The notes below the pieces were generated by a model that was not told the DNA's origin, searched no databases, and saw only the letters and a program-made list of their open reading frames with translations. From an uncultured Prevotellaceae bacterium (lineage in GTDB: Bacteria; Bacteroidota; Bacteroidia; Bacteroidales; Bacteroidaceae), in contig CADASP010000011.1 of assembly GCA_902790625.1 (NCBI GenBank), forward strand, positions 9,856 through 73,855: a stretch of DNA of 64,000 nt. Direction: 5' to 3'. The translations under genes were made by a program, and so were the position numbers. Of this stretch, positions 1 through 9,880 are shown in pieces (within the stretch, counting starts at the first letter, position 1; each line of letters opens with the position of its first letter).

Positions 1-318
1 CCGGCCGAAATTAAGTTCGACGCAGTGTCGCACAACTTTGGCGAGTTCTCCAAGCAGAACCCCATCGTCAGCACCAAGTTCACTTTCACCAATGTAGGTG
101 AGCAGGATTTGGTCATCAACCAGGCAGTAGCTTCCTGTGGCTGCACGGTGCCCAAGTACACCAAGGAACCCATCAAGCCGGGTCAGAAGGGCGAAATCAA
201 TGTCACCTACAATGGCACTGGCAAAGCGCTGGGCCACTTCAAGAAGAGCATCACCGTCCGCACCAATGGTGCTGTGGAAATCACTCGCCTCTACATTGAA
301 GGCGACATGAAAGAGTGA
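1..318 (+). CDS. DUF1573 domain protein (Ig-like), 5'-truncated by the window edge
   Basis: Frame open from base 1 (PAEIKFDAVSHNFG...). Has the DUF1573 signature F.F.N.G...LVI..A.ASCGCT.P.Y...PI.PG..G.I.V.Y. Confidence 0.85.
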   Translation, partial: PAEIKFDAVSHNFGEFSKQNPIVSTKFTFTNVGEQDLVINQAVASCGCTVPKYTKEPIKPGQKGEINVTYNGTGKALGHFKKSITVRTNGAVEITRLYIEGDMKE

Positions 319-344
319 AGCCTTTTTAAGTGAAAAGTGAATAA

Positions 345-401
345 TGAGAATTGAAAAGTGGGCTGCGCATCAACAACGCGCAGCCCACTTTTCAATTCTC
401 A
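345..401. terminator. Long hairpin between convergent genes (copy 1)
   Basis: gagaattgaaaagtgggctgcgc (346-368) pairs with gcgcagcccacttttcaattctc (378-400). Confidence 0.7.
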
Positions 402-598
402 CTTTCCGTATCTTCTAAAATTCTCCCTTCGAAAACGATGCGCAGCTCTTCCCCTCTCACATCCTTGGTGCCCGTTTCGTTTGTTGTGGCATAGCCCAAC
501 CCCGCTATGGTTTTATCTGCCAAGCTGGGCAACCGTTGCTTTCATTGTCGTTGCCAGCTGCTTGTGGATAATCGGATAAAGGTATAAGTAGAAACGAA

Positions 599-634
599 AA
601 GTGGGCTGCGCATCGAACAATGCGCAGCCCACTT
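599..634. terminator. Hairpin downstream of rny (copy 2 of the same element)
   Basis: aagtgggctgcgcat (599-613) pairs with atgcgcagcccactt (620-634). Confidence 0.7.
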
Positions 635-666
635 ATCATTTATCACTTTTTACTTATCACTTAAAA

Positions 667-2208
667 TCACTTCGCGTATGCCACTGAGCGTGTTTCGCGG
701 ATGACGGTGATCTTCACCTGCCCGGGATAGGTCATCTCGTTCTGAATCTTCGAGGCAATCTGTCCGCTGAGTGCTTCGGTCTCGGCATCGTCCATCTTGT
801 CGGCGCCGACGATGACGCGAAGCTCGCGACCAGCCTGAATGGCGTAGGTCTTGGTCACACCGGGGTAGCTCATGGCGATGGCCTCCAGGTCGTTCAGACG
901 CTTGATGTAGGCCTCCACAATCTCGCGGCGTGCACCAGGACGTGCACCGCTGATGGCATCGCACACCTGCACGATGGGTGCCAGCAGGGTCTGCATCTCC
1001 ATCTCGTCGTGGTGGGCACCGATGGCATTGCAGATGTCGGGCTTCTCCTTGTACATCTCAGCAATCTTGGCACCGTAGAGTGCGTGTGGCATCTCGCTCT
1101 CCTCGTCGGGCACCTTACCGATGTCGTGCAGCAATCCGGCGCGCTTGGCTTTCTTCGGGTTCAGGCCCAGCTCGGCGGCCATCACAGCGCAGAGGTTGGC
1201 CGTCTCGCGTGCGTGCTGCAGCAGGTTCTGCCCATAGCTGCTGCGGTATTTCATCTTTCCGATGATGCGTATCAGTTCGGGGTGCAGACCGTGAATGCCC
1301 AGGTCGATGGCGGTGCGCTTACCCGTCTCGATGATTTCGTTTTCGAGCTGCTTCTTCACCTTTGTCACCACCTCCTCGATGCGAGCGGGGTGGATGCGGC
1401 CGTCGGCGACGAGCTGGTGCAGGGCCAGGCGGCAGGTCTCGCGGCGCACGGGGTCGAAACCGCTGATGACGATGGCCTCGGGCGTGTCGTCAACAACGAT
1501 TTCCACGCCGCAGGCAGCCTCCAAAGCACGGATATTGCGGCCCTCGCGGCCAATGACGCGACCTTTCACGTCGTCGTTGTCGATGTGGAACACGGAGACG
1601 CTGTTCTCCACGGCTGTCTCGGTGGCCACGCGCTGAATGGTCTGGATGACGATTTTCTTGGCTTGGGCGTTGGCGTTGAGCTTGGCCTCGTCCATGATTT
1701 CGTTGATGTAGCTTGCGGCAGCGGTCTTGGCCTCGTCCTTCAGGCTCTCCACCAGTCGGTTGCGGGCTTCCTCGGCGCTCAGTCCCGATAGCTCTTCCAG
1801 CTTCTCGCGCTCTTTCTGCTGCATCTTGCCCAGCTCTTCCTGCTTCAGTGCGAGTGCTTTCTTCTCGTTGTCGATGCGGTTCTGCTGGTTGTCCAGTTCG
1901 TTCTTGCGGCGTCCCAGCTCTTCCTGGCGCTGGTTGAGGCTCAGCTCGCGCTGCTTCAGCTTGTTCTCGCTCTGCTGGATGTGCTGGTTGCGCTGCTGCA
2001 CCTCTTTCTCCAGCTCACTCTTCTTGTTGAGGAATTTCTCCTTCACTTCAAGCAGTTTCTTCTCTTTGATGACCTCGGCCTCCTTGTTGGCTGCCTCAAT
2101 CATTTCGTTATACTTCCCCTTTACGACTTTGAGGAACAGGAAGTATCCAGCGGCGGCGCCGAGAATGAGCGCAGCCGCGGCAATGATAATTGTTAGTATT
2201 GGACTCAT
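667..2208 (-). CDS. rny: Ribonuclease Y
   Basis: N-terminal TM, long coiled coil, KH domain ([16 protein letters not shown]), HD motif (AGLLHDIGK), C-terminal [14 protein letters not shown]. Confidence 0.97.
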   Translation of the reverse strand: MSPILTIIIAAAALILGAAAGYFLFLKVVKGKYNEMIEAANKEAEVIKEKKLLEVKEKFLNKKSELEKEVQQRNQHIQQSENKLKQRELSLNQRQEELGRRKNELDNQQNRIDNEKKALALKQEELGKMQQKEREKLEELSGLSAEEARNRLVESLKDEAKTAAASYINEIMDEAKLNANAQAKKIVIQTIQRVATETAVENSVSVFHIDNDDVKGRVIGREGRNIRALEAACGVEIVVDDTPEAIVISGFDPVRRETCRLALHQLVADGRIHPARIEEVVTKVKKQLENEIIETGKRTAIDLGIHGLHPELIRIIGKMKYRSSYGQNLLQHARETANLCAVMAAELGLNPKKAKRAGLLHDIGKVPDEESEMPHALYGAKIAEMYKEKPDICNAIGAHHDEMEMQTLLAPIVQVCDAISGARPGARREIVEAYIKRLNDLEAIAMSYPGVTKTYAIQAGRELRVIVGADKMDDAETEALSGQIASKIQNEMTYPGQVKITVIRETRSVAYAK

Positions 2209-2234
2209 AAGATTTATAATGTTAATATTCTCTG

Positions 2235-2537
2235 TTATTTCAGCGTGTCCTCGATTTCGGAAGTGAGCTGTCGGAGAATATTGTCATAGGGGGTTGTGTC
2301 GTTCTTGCTGAGCTCTTTCTCGTATCGCAGTGCAATCTCTATGAGGGTCATCAGGGCGATGGTGTGATCGCTCTTCCTCCCCTTGTAGGCCTGTGCGTAG
2401 GCCCCATAGCGCTCTGTGATGAGCTTGGCCGCAGCTCGATAGTACTGCTCATCCTCGCGGTTGTGCAGCACCATGGCAATGTCTTCGTCGTAGACGTGCA
2501 ACCTTATTTTGAGTTTCTCTGTGCTATCTTCCGGCAT
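2235..2537 (-). CDS. zapA: Cell division protein ZapA
   Basis: ~100 aa with E..YR.AAK.I...Y..Y pattern and C-terminal coiled coil; directly upstream of rny as is usual in Bacteroidota. Confidence 0.8.
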   Translation of the reverse strand: MPEDSTEKLKIRLHVYDEDIAMVLHNREDEQYYRAAAKLITERYGAYAQAYKGRKSDHTIALMTLIEIALRYEKELSKNDTTPYDNILRQLTSEIEDTLK

Positions 2538-2585
2538 CGTTGGTGTGTGTTGTGGTGCAGGAGCGGCCTGGTGATGGTGCCGCTG

Positions 2586-2882
2586 CTACTTCTCGTCGCT
2601 GAGCATGGTGATGCATTTGTTCAGGTTGCGGATGAGATTGGCCACCCGCTCCTTGGCTCCTTCGAGGTCGCCCTCCGATATTTGGAGCATGCGTGCCATC
2701 TTCAGCGACTCGTAGTCGCGCTCCTTCTGCGAGAGCTTAGCTTTCAGCTCTTCAATCTGCTGTTCGTTCTCTTCCACCATGGCATACAAATCTCGGTTCT
2801 CCTGTTTCAACTCCTGGAAACGGAGGATCATCTGCCTGACACGTGTCTGGAACGTTGCTAATTCTTTCTCGTTTTGGTTCAT
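2586..2882 (-). CDS. Conserved coiled-coil protein upstream of zapA (ZapB-like by position)
   Basis: Heptad-rich helical ORF in the same operon; ATG at 2882 preferred over the ORF-track start at 2888. Confidence 0.65.
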   Translation of the reverse strand: MNQNEKELATFQTRVRQMILRFQELKQENRDLYAMVEENEQQIEELKAKLSQKERDYESLKMARMLQISEGDLEGAKERVANLIRNLNKCITMLSDEK

Positions 2883-2900
2883 GACCACGGTTTTATCCTA

Positions 2901-2908
2901 CAAAGTTA
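2901..2908 (-). promoter_or_regulatory. Bacteroidota sigma-A -7 element (TAACTTTG) for the zapA-rny operon
   Basis: caaagtta on + strand = TAACTTTG on - strand, about 20 nt upstream of the ATG. Confidence 0.7.
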
Positions 2909-3026
2909 GGCAATATTCGTGAGATATGAGGAATGAGGGTCGCAAAACGGCAATAAGTTTAACAAGGTTTAACCTTTTGTGGGCTAAAATGCCTTGTTTT
3001 TCCGCTGTTGCACCCGTTTCAGCTTG

Positions 3027-3656
3027 TCATTTCTCGTTGTCTTTGTTGCGAGGCTCTTTCTTGGCGAGCATCACCACGCGGTGGACGAAATCGGTGCACC
3101 ACTTCTCCGAGAAGCCCAGCCGTTTGTTGTATTCGCGCACGTTGAGCACGGTCTTGATGACGCCAGCGTCTTTATAGTCGTTCTTCGTGAAAATGTCGTG
3201 CACGGTCTTCTGCGTCATGGCGTAGAGGGCCTTCTTGAAGAAGCTGGGCATGCGCAGCTTGAACTTCATCAGGTTGCCCGTAAGCATCATCAGGTCTTGC
3301 ACGAAGGCCTGGAACAGCAGCAGATAGTTCTGCACGTCTTGCAGCTTCTTGCATCGGCGGCCGATGCTTTGGTCGATCTCCTTGAAGAACTGGTCGTCCA
3401 TCTGATACATTTCCTTGAGCATCTTCTTGCAGCGTGCCTTCTCGCCCACGCCCAGCCGTCCCTGCTGGGTGGGCACCTTCAGCGTGGTTTTAAACATGCG
3501 CAAATCGGGCAGCGCAGCCAGGTTGGTGATGTGCAGCAGCGATGCTATCTCGGATTGAAAGTAGACACGGATGAGCATCATGAAGTCTTCCATGCCGCCT
3601 ATCTTCGTTTCGCCCTCGGCCGCCTTGCGACCGAATATTTTTCCTAATATTCCCAT
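3027..3656 (-). CDS. Conserved hypothetical protein
   Basis: 209-aa ORF with host-like codon usage and its own -7 element (TACCTTTG, 3680-3687 on -); no recognisable motif. Confidence 0.75.
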   Translation of the reverse strand: MGILGKIFGRKAAEGETKIGGMEDFMMLIRVYFQSEIASLLHITNLAALPDLRMFKTTLKVPTQQGRLGVGEKARCKKMLKEMYQMDDQFFKEIDQSIGRRCKKLQDVQNYLLLFQAFVQDLMMLTGNLMKFKLRMPSFFKKALYAMTQKTVHDIFTKNDYKDAGVIKTVLNVREYNKRLGFSEKWCTDFVHRVVMLAKKEPRNKDNEK

Positions 3657-3679
3657 AGTAAATGTTTGAAATTGTGTGC

Positions 3680-3757
3680 AAAGGTACGAAAACCGTGGCT
3701 AAAAGCAAAATAAAATCCTGTTTTTCTTTGTTTTTAGCCCGTTTGTTCGTAACTTTG
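3680..3757. promoter_or_regulatory. Divergent promoter pair
   Basis: - strand TACCTTTG at 3680-3687; + strand TTTG (3727-3730), 19-bp spacer, TAACTTTG (3750-3757). Confidence 0.75.
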
Positions 3758-3797
3758 CCCATCCAAAGTTGCTCATCAATTCAAGTTTTACATGTTT

Positions 3798-3920
3798 GGA
3801 GTGAAAAGGAGTGAGCCGACATTCATCGGCGCGAGTGAAAGTGACGTCAGACTTCACGTTGAAGAGCTATCGTCCCTTTCACTCCCCCTTTCACTCCCTT
3901 TCACTCCTTTTCACTCCCCC
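3798..3920. repeat. Inverted GGAGTGAAA / TTTCACTCC microsatellite element with no gene inside
   Basis: ggagtg at 3798 and 3808 (gagtgaaa at 3833); cactcc at 3880, 3892, 3902, 3912. Same unit as the arrays flanking 25344-25721. Confidence 0.8.
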
Positions 3921-3932
3921 TTTTTTAATCAG

Positions 3933-6059
3933 ATGAAAAGAATCCTGTTTGCTCTCTGTCTGTTGTCGACGGCTTTCTGCTATGGCAAAGACATCCCGCA
4001 AGTGACGTGGGATCGTCACAGTTTGATGATTGACGGTCGCCGTGTGTGCCCTGTGATGGGCGAAGTGCACTATTCGCGCATTCCTGCCGATGAGTGGCCT
4101 GATGTGGTGGCGAAGATGAAGGCTGGCGGCGTGACCGTCATCGCCACCTATGTGTTTTGGAACCATGTCGAGGAGCAGCAGGGCATCTTCCGTTGGGATG
4201 GGCAGCGCTCGCTTCGCCGTTTCCTGCAGGTGTGCCGCGATGCCGACTTGCCTGTGGTGCTGCGCATAGGCCCCTTCTGCCATGGCGAGGCGCGCTGCGG
4301 CGGCATCCCCGACTGGGTGTTCGCCCAGAGCCAGAAGGCTACTGGCACGCGTATAAAACCACGCAGTACCGACCCAGGGTTCCTCGCCCTGGTGGAAGAG
4401 CTGTATCGGCAAATCTTCAGTCAGGTGCAGGGCTTGCAGTGGAAGGATGGCGGGCCGGTCATGGCTTGCCAGTTCGACAACGAGTATCGTGGTTCGGGCG
4501 ATTATCTGATGGCCCTGAAGCGCATCGCCCTGCAGATAGGCTTCGACCTGCCCTTCTACACCCGCACCGGCTGGCCTGAGCTGTCGAAGCCCGTGCCTTA
4601 CGGCGAAATGCTGCCCCTCTATGGCGACTATGCCGACGGCTTCTGGGAGCGCTCGCTGGAAGAGACGGCTGGCAACTACTACAAGGCTTTCAACTTCAAG
4701 GCTTCGCCGCTCTCGGATGCCATCGCCACCGAGCAGTTTGACTATTCCAATGCCAATGCTCAACGTCCAGCCCCTAATCCTCAGCATAGCTACCCCTATT
4801 TCACCTGCGAGCTGGGCGGCGGCATGATGGTGGCCTATCATCGCAGACCCTACCTCTATCCCGAGGATGCCTACTCCATGGCACTGGTGAAGCTGGGCAG
4901 CGGCAGCAACCTGCTGGGCTACTACATGTATCACGGGGGCACCAACCCCGACGGCCTCACCACCCTGAACGAGCACCAGCGCACGCTGGCCACCAACTAC
5001 AACGACATGCCCGTGAAGAACTACGACTTCCAGGCTCCGCTGGGCGAGTTCGGGCAGACCTATCCCCATTATTATATGTTGCGCCCCCTGCATCTCTTCA
5101 TGCGCTACTGGGGCGAGCAGCTGGCTACGATGGAGGCACAGTTCCCCGTGGCGCAAGACATCAAGAAGGGCGACGACAGCCATCTGCGCTGGTGCTGGCG
5201 CAGCGTGCACCCCATCAAGGGTGAAGGTCCTGAGCGGGGATTCATTTTCATCAACAACTACGAGCGTCTGCAAAACCTGACGGCCAAAAAGGGCGTGCGG
5301 ATAGGAGCCTGTGGCGTCGACCTGCCTGCGCTCACCATCCCCGCTGGATGTATGGCCATCCTGCCGCTCAACATCGACGGCATCCGCTATGCCACTGCCC
5401 AGCTGGTGGCCAAGCGCGACGGAAAGATCTACCTGATGCAGATTCCCGGCCTCCCCACCACCATCAGCATGCTCGACGGCAAGACCCTGCGCCGTCTGAA
5501 GCCCTTGGGCATGGCGAAACCCGTCTACAAGAACCTCTATCTGCTCACCCGCGAAGAAGCCGAGCACTTCGGGCTGGAGGCTTCGGGAAGCCCGAATATT
5601 CCGAATAATCCGAATATTCTGAATAATCTGAATAATCCGAATAATCCGAAAGATTCAGAAAACCTGGCAAGCCCCTCCTACTCCAAGCTGCGTGAGGCCG
5701 GCCCCCTGCGCCTCATCAGCATGGGTGTGCAGCGCGTGGCCGAAGAACCTACCGATGCCGACTTTGAGCAGGCCGCCGTCTATCGCATCCAGGTTCCCGC
5801 CACCGAGGGGAAGAAGCTACTGAAGATTGACTACCGTGGCGACGTGGCCCGCCTCTATGCCGATGGGAAGCTGGTGGCCGACAATTTCTACTATGGCCGC
5901 CCGTTCCTCTATGGCCTGTGGCGGTTGCCCCAAGGCACCCAGCAGTTGGAGCTGCGCATCCTGCCCTTGCAGCCCGACATGCCCGTCTACTTCCCCCGCG
6001 AAGCCGACACCACGCCAGGCGAACAAGTGAACAGCATCACGATAGAACCCTTGCAGTAG
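3933..6059 (+). CDS. Glycoside hydrolase family 35 (beta-galactosidase-like), secreted
   Basis: Signal peptide MKRILFALCLLSTAFCYG; GEVHYSRIP, YVFWNHVE, LRIGP, QFDNEY, CELGGG, YYMYHGGTNP, YDFQAPLGEFG motifs. Start moved from 3792 to ATG 3933. Confidence 0.9.
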   Translation: MKRILFALCLLSTAFCYGKDIPQVTWDRHSLMIDGRRVCPVMGEVHYSRIPADEWPDVVAKMKAGGVTVIATYVFWNHVEEQQGIFRWDGQRSLRRFLQVCRDADLPVVLRIGPFCHGEARCGGIPDWVFAQSQKATGTRIKPRSTDPGFLALVEELYRQIFSQVQGLQWKDGGPVMACQFDNEYRGSGDYLMALKRIALQIGFDLPFYTRTGWPELSKPVPYGEMLPLYGDYADGFWERSLEETAGNYYKAFNFKASPLSDAIATEQFDYSNANAQRPAPNPQHSYPYFTCELGGGMMVAYHRRPYLYPEDAYSMALVKLGSGSNLLGYYMYHGGTNPDGLTTLNEHQRTLATNYNDMPVKNYDFQAPLGEFGQTYPHYYMLRPLHLFMRYWGEQLATMEAQFPVAQDIKKGDDSHLRWCWRSVHPIKGEGPERGFIFINNYERLQNLTAKKGVRIGACGVDLPALTIPAGCMAILPLNIDGIRYATAQLVAKRDGKIYLMQIPGLPTTISMLDGKTLRRLKPLGMAKPVYKNLYLLTREEAEHFGLEASGSPNIPNNPNILNNLNNPNNPKDSENLASPSYSKLREAGPLRLISMGVQRVAEEPTDADFEQAAVYRIQVPATEGKKLLKIDYRGDVARLYADGKLVADNFYYGRPFLYGLWRLPQGTQQLELRILPLQPDMPVYFPREADTTPGEQVNSITIEPLQ
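5592..5654 (+). repeat. In-frame 9-bp tandem repeat (c[c/t]gaata[a/t]t) x7 inside GH35
   Basis: Encodes PNIPNNPNILNNLNNPNNPKD; AT-rich relative to the flanking codons. Confidence 0.85.
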
Positions 6060-6123
6060 GGAAATCCCTACACGATTGTAGGGCATTTCCCACAGGAGAA
6101 TCAAGGGGAAAAGGCTACCTTTG
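6060..6123 (+). promoter_or_regulatory. Hairpin after GH35 plus internal -7 element for GH2
   Basis: ggaaat-ccctaca...tgtaggg-c-atttcc hairpin at 6060-6090; TACCTTTG at 6116-6123. Confidence 0.6.
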
Positions 6124-6143
6124 CAATAAAAAAGAGAAAACAA

Positions 6144-9101
6144 ATGAGACGCACATCGCTGGCAGCAGTTTTAGCATTCATCATCCTTCATCTGCCGTTT
6201 GGCGCAGCGAAGGCTCAGCAGGTCATCAGTCTGGCCGGCCCGTGGGATTTCGAAATCGGCGACCCCGTCGCTACGAATGCTTCCCACATTCGCACCAAGT
6301 TCCACGACTTTATCATGCTCCCAGGCTCCATGCTCACCAACGACAAGGGCACGCCCGTCTCCACCGAGACGCAGTGGACGGGGTCGCTCTACGACTCGTC
6401 CTACTATTTCAATCCTCGCATGGAGCCTTACCGCCGCGAGGGACAGATGAAGTTCCCCTTCTTCCTCACGCCTGAGCGCCACTATGTGGGCGCTGCCTGG
6501 TATCATAAGAAGGTTTACGTGCCCAAGGACTGGCGCGGACAGCGCATCACGCTCTTCCTGGAGCGCCCCCACATCGAGACCACCGTCTACGTGAACGGCC
6601 GCGAGGTGGGCCACCAGCTGTCGCTCAGCACGCCCCATCGCTACGACGTGACGAACTATATCCGTGCGGGCAAGGGCAACGACATCACCATACGCGTCTA
6701 CAATGGCGTTGAGAACGTGGGGGTAGGGCAGGACTCGCACAGCGTCACCGACCAGACGCAGGGCAACTGGAACGGCATCACGGGGCGCATAGAGCTGCAG
6801 TCGCAATGGAGGAAGCTGAACGTGAAGAGCGTCCGCGTGATGCCTTCGGCCGACCTGAGCACCATCACTGTGCACGTAGAGCTGGAGAACCATGTGCCCT
6901 ATTTGCGGGTGTTCCCCCTCTACGACTATTGGGCCAATGCCTCCATCACCCCCATCGTCAACGGCAAGCCGGGGCGCAACCTGCAGCGGCTCTCTGTCAA
7001 CGTAGAGGGGAAGAACGATGTCGATTTCACCTTCCACACCTACCGCTCGCTCTCCGACTCCACAGATGTCACCAGCAGCAGGGGCCTGAAGATGTGGGAC
7101 GAGTTCCACCCCAACCTCTATCAGCTCACCATCGAGGCTGGTGAAGACGTCTACGAGACCACCATCGGCCTGCGCCGCATCGAGGCCGATGGCCGTCAGC
7201 TGAAGATCAACGGCCGCCCCCTGTTCCTGCGCGGTACGGTAGAGAACTGCTGCTTCCCCGAGACGGGCTACCCCCCCACCGACAAGGAGTCGTGGCTCGC
7301 CATCATGCGCAAGTGCAAGGAATATGGGCTTAACCACATCCGTTTCCACAGCTACTGCCCCCCCGAGGCCGCCTTCCAGGCTGCCGACGAGGTGGGCATC
7401 TATCTGCAGCCCGAAGGACCCTCGTGGCCCAACCACGGCGTGAAGCTGCGCCAAGGACAGGTCATCGACAAGTATCTGATGGAAGAGTCGAAGCGTATCA
7501 TCGACACCTACGGACATCATCCTTCCTTCGTGATGATGGCCGCTGGCAACGAGCCGGCTGGCGACTGGGTGGCCTACTGCAACGACTGGGTGGCCGAGAT
7601 GCACCGCTACGACCCTTCGCGCATCTACTGCGGGGCCAGCGTTGGAGGCGGATGGGCGTGGGACGATGGCTCGGAGTATCACGTCAAAGGCGGTGCCCGA
7701 GGACTCGACTGGGACCGCCATGCCCCCAGCAGCGACGATGACTACTACAGCCAGATGGAGTTCCCAAGGAACTATAAATCCCTGTCGCCCAACCACTCTC
7801 CTATCATCGCCCATGAGCAGGGGCAGTGGTGCGCCTTCCCCGACTTCAAAGAGATTGACCAATACACCGGGGCATACAAAGCCCGCAACTTGGAAGTGTT
7901 TCGCGACCTGCTCGCACAGAACGGCATGGCCTCGCAAGCCGAGAAGTTCCTCATGGCCAGCGGAAAGCTGCAGACGCTCTGCTACAAGTTCGAGATAGAG
8001 CGCAACCTGCGCACTAAGGACTACGCCGGCTTCCAGCTGCTGTCGCTCAACGACTACAGCGGACAGGGCAGCGCCCTTGTGGGGCCGCTCAACGTGCATT
8101 GGAAGGAGAAAGGATATGTGAACGGCCGCGAGTGGCGCAATTTCTGCAACTGGATGGTGGTGTTGGCCCGATTCCCCAAGTTCGTCTATCAGAACAACGA
8201 GCGGTTGGAGGTGGCCGTGGAGGCGATGAACGCCTACTACGGTGATGTCCTGCCCTGTCCCACCGTCTATCAGATTCATGCCGACGACTTCTCGCTCTTT
8301 GCCATCGACACGCTCTGCGTGAAACCATTACCCATCGGCAAGAACACACAATTAGGCACCATCAGCCTCCCCCTCAGCAGCGTGAAGAACCCCACCAAGT
8401 TTACCCTCACGCTCGTCATGGGCAACCTCATACAGAACCGCTACGACTTCTGGGTGTATCCTGCCGCTCCCGCCTCTGTTTCCGAGGGTCCCACTCCCTT
8501 CATTGCTGAGTCGCTCACCCCTGCCGCCCTCGACACGCTCCGCGCTGGTGGCACCGTGCTCATCACCGCCGCAGGGCGGGTGACGCTGGGCAGCGACGTG
8601 AAGCAGAACTACCTGCCCGTGTTCTGGAACACCTCATGGTTCAAGATGCGGCCCCCGCACACCACGGGAGCCTACATCGACACGGAGCATCCGCTGTTCA
8701 AGCACGGCTTCCCCACCGACTCATGGTCCAACCTGAACTGGTGGGAGCTGCTCAACCACGCGCAGGTGATGAACCTGATGGAGCTGCCCGCCACCTATCA
8801 GCCGCCCATACAGCCCATCGACACGTGGCACATCAGCCGCAAGCTGGGCATGCTCATCGAGGCCCGCGTGCTGGGGGGCCGTCTGCTCATGACCACCATG
8901 GACATCACCAGCAACCTCGACCAGCGCCCCGTGGCCCGGCAGATGCGCCACGCCATCCTGAGCTACATGCAAAGCCCCGATTTCCAGCCCGCCATCACGT
9001 TGGAGCCTCAGGTGATATGCGATTTCTTTGAGAAGCAGGCCCCGCCCGTTGACATGTTCACCCGCGAAAGCCCCGACGAGCTGAAGCCCAAGCTGAAATA
9101 A
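6144..9101 (+). CDS. Glycoside hydrolase family 2 (beta-galactosidase/glucuronidase-like), secreted
   Basis: Signal peptide; GAAWY.K.V.VP..W.G.RI.L.LERPH sugar-binding domain; IGLR.I...G....INGRPLFLRG, NHIRFHS and catalytic GNEP. Confidence 0.9.
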   Translation: MRRTSLAAVLAFIILHLPFGAAKAQQVISLAGPWDFEIGDPVATNASHIRTKFHDFIMLPGSMLTNDKGTPVSTETQWTGSLYDSSYYFNPRMEPYRREGQMKFPFFLTPERHYVGAAWYHKKVYVPKDWRGQRITLFLERPHIETTVYVNGREVGHQLSLSTPHRYDVTNYIRAGKGNDITIRVYNGVENVGVGQDSHSVTDQTQGNWNGITGRIELQSQWRKLNVKSVRVMPSADLSTITVHVELENHVPYLRVFPLYDYWANASITPIVNGKPGRNLQRLSVNVEGKNDVDFTFHTYRSLSDSTDVTSSRGLKMWDEFHPNLYQLTIEAGEDVYETTIGLRRIEADGRQLKINGRPLFLRGTVENCCFPETGYPPTDKESWLAIMRKCKEYGLNHIRFHSYCPPEAAFQAADEVGIYLQPEGPSWPNHGVKLRQGQVIDKYLMEESKRIIDTYGHHPSFVMMAAGNEPAGDWVAYCNDWVAEMHRYDPSRIYCGASVGGGWAWDDGSEYHVKGGARGLDWDRHAPSSDDDYYSQMEFPRNYKSLSPNHSPIIAHEQGQWCAFPDFKEIDQYTGAYKARNLEVFRDLLAQNGMASQAEKFLMASGKLQTLCYKFEIERNLRTKDYAGFQLLSLNDYSGQGSALVGPLNVHWKEKGYVNGREWRNFCNWMVVLARFPKFVYQNNERLEVAVEAMNAYYGDVLPCPTVYQIHADDFSLFAIDTLCVKPLPIGKNTQLGTISLPLSSVKNPTKFTLTLVMGNLIQNRYDFWVYPAAPASVSEGPTPFIAESLTPAALDTLRAGGTVLITAAGRVTLGSDVKQNYLPVFWNTSWFKMRPPHTTGAYIDTEHPLFKHGFPTDSWSNLNWWELLNHAQVMNLMELPATYQPPIQPIDTWHISRKLGMLIEARVLGGRLLMTTMDITSNLDQRPVARQMRHAILSYMQSPDFQPAITLEPQVICDFFEKQAPPVDMFTRESPDELKPKLK

Positions 9102-9137
9102 ACCTGAATCCCCCAAAATTGTTCCTTCTTTGTTTAC

Positions 9138-9181
9138 GGCGTAACGCGAATGACCGAGCACTCGGCCATTCGCGTTACGCC
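9138..9181. repeat. 44-bp near-perfect palindrome after GH2 (terminator or REP-like)
   Basis: ggcgtaacgcgaatgaccgag-ca-ctcggccattcgcgttacgcc, one mismatch; 15 nt identical to 59120-59134. Confidence 0.8.
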
Positions 9182-9880
9182 ATAGGCGAGATATAACAGA
9201 AGGTACGGTTGAAAATTGGTGGCATCAAGTGATTGAGACGCTTTCAGCGTCAGTTGCACTACTTTGCGGATAATCATTTTATTTTTTATCATTACACTGG
9301 CGAGACCACCCCGAAGATTAAAAAAATATTAAAACGGATGCCTCCCTAAAACGGCTAAAGACCCTCATATTTCGAAAATTTTCCACAAGAAAACTTTTGG
9401 CCGAAAAAACGCGAGTTTTGAGAGGGTTTGTCAAACAGCTGGCTTTCAGTTGATTAGCTTCAATATGCCATAAAAACCCCTACGATGGCTCGAAAAAGTC
9501 AACGCCGAAAAAAAATTTGGCGTTGCCGTTTTCTGAAAGGGCGTGCTTGCGGAAACGAAAATCGGCCCCATAATCGTCTAAAATATTGCACAAAACTGCC
9601 ACAGATGTGCAAAATTCGCCTTGAAAGTCCTTTTCCCCTCGCCCCTCATCCCTGCACAAACCGCCGAAAGTGTGCATTCTCCGTTCCAGAATGAAATTTT
9701 ATTTTGTAAAAAATCAAAAATTTTCATTTTACATCCGTTCACAATTTTTCTCTTGGCTTAAGCAGAAATTAACCATTCAAAACGCTCGGTCGGATTAATT
9801 AGATTGAGCGTGAGTACAATTATGAAAAATGATTATCCGCATATAAGTGAATAATTTAGGACGATTATAATGAACGTATA

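Noticed and set aside
2209-2234. 6S RNA, which lies near zapA in some other phyla
   Set aside because: Only 26 nt separate zapA and rny; there is no room.
3933-9101. Polysaccharide utilisation locus
   Set aside because: No SusC/SusD pair or dedicated regulator next to GH35/GH2 or GH51.
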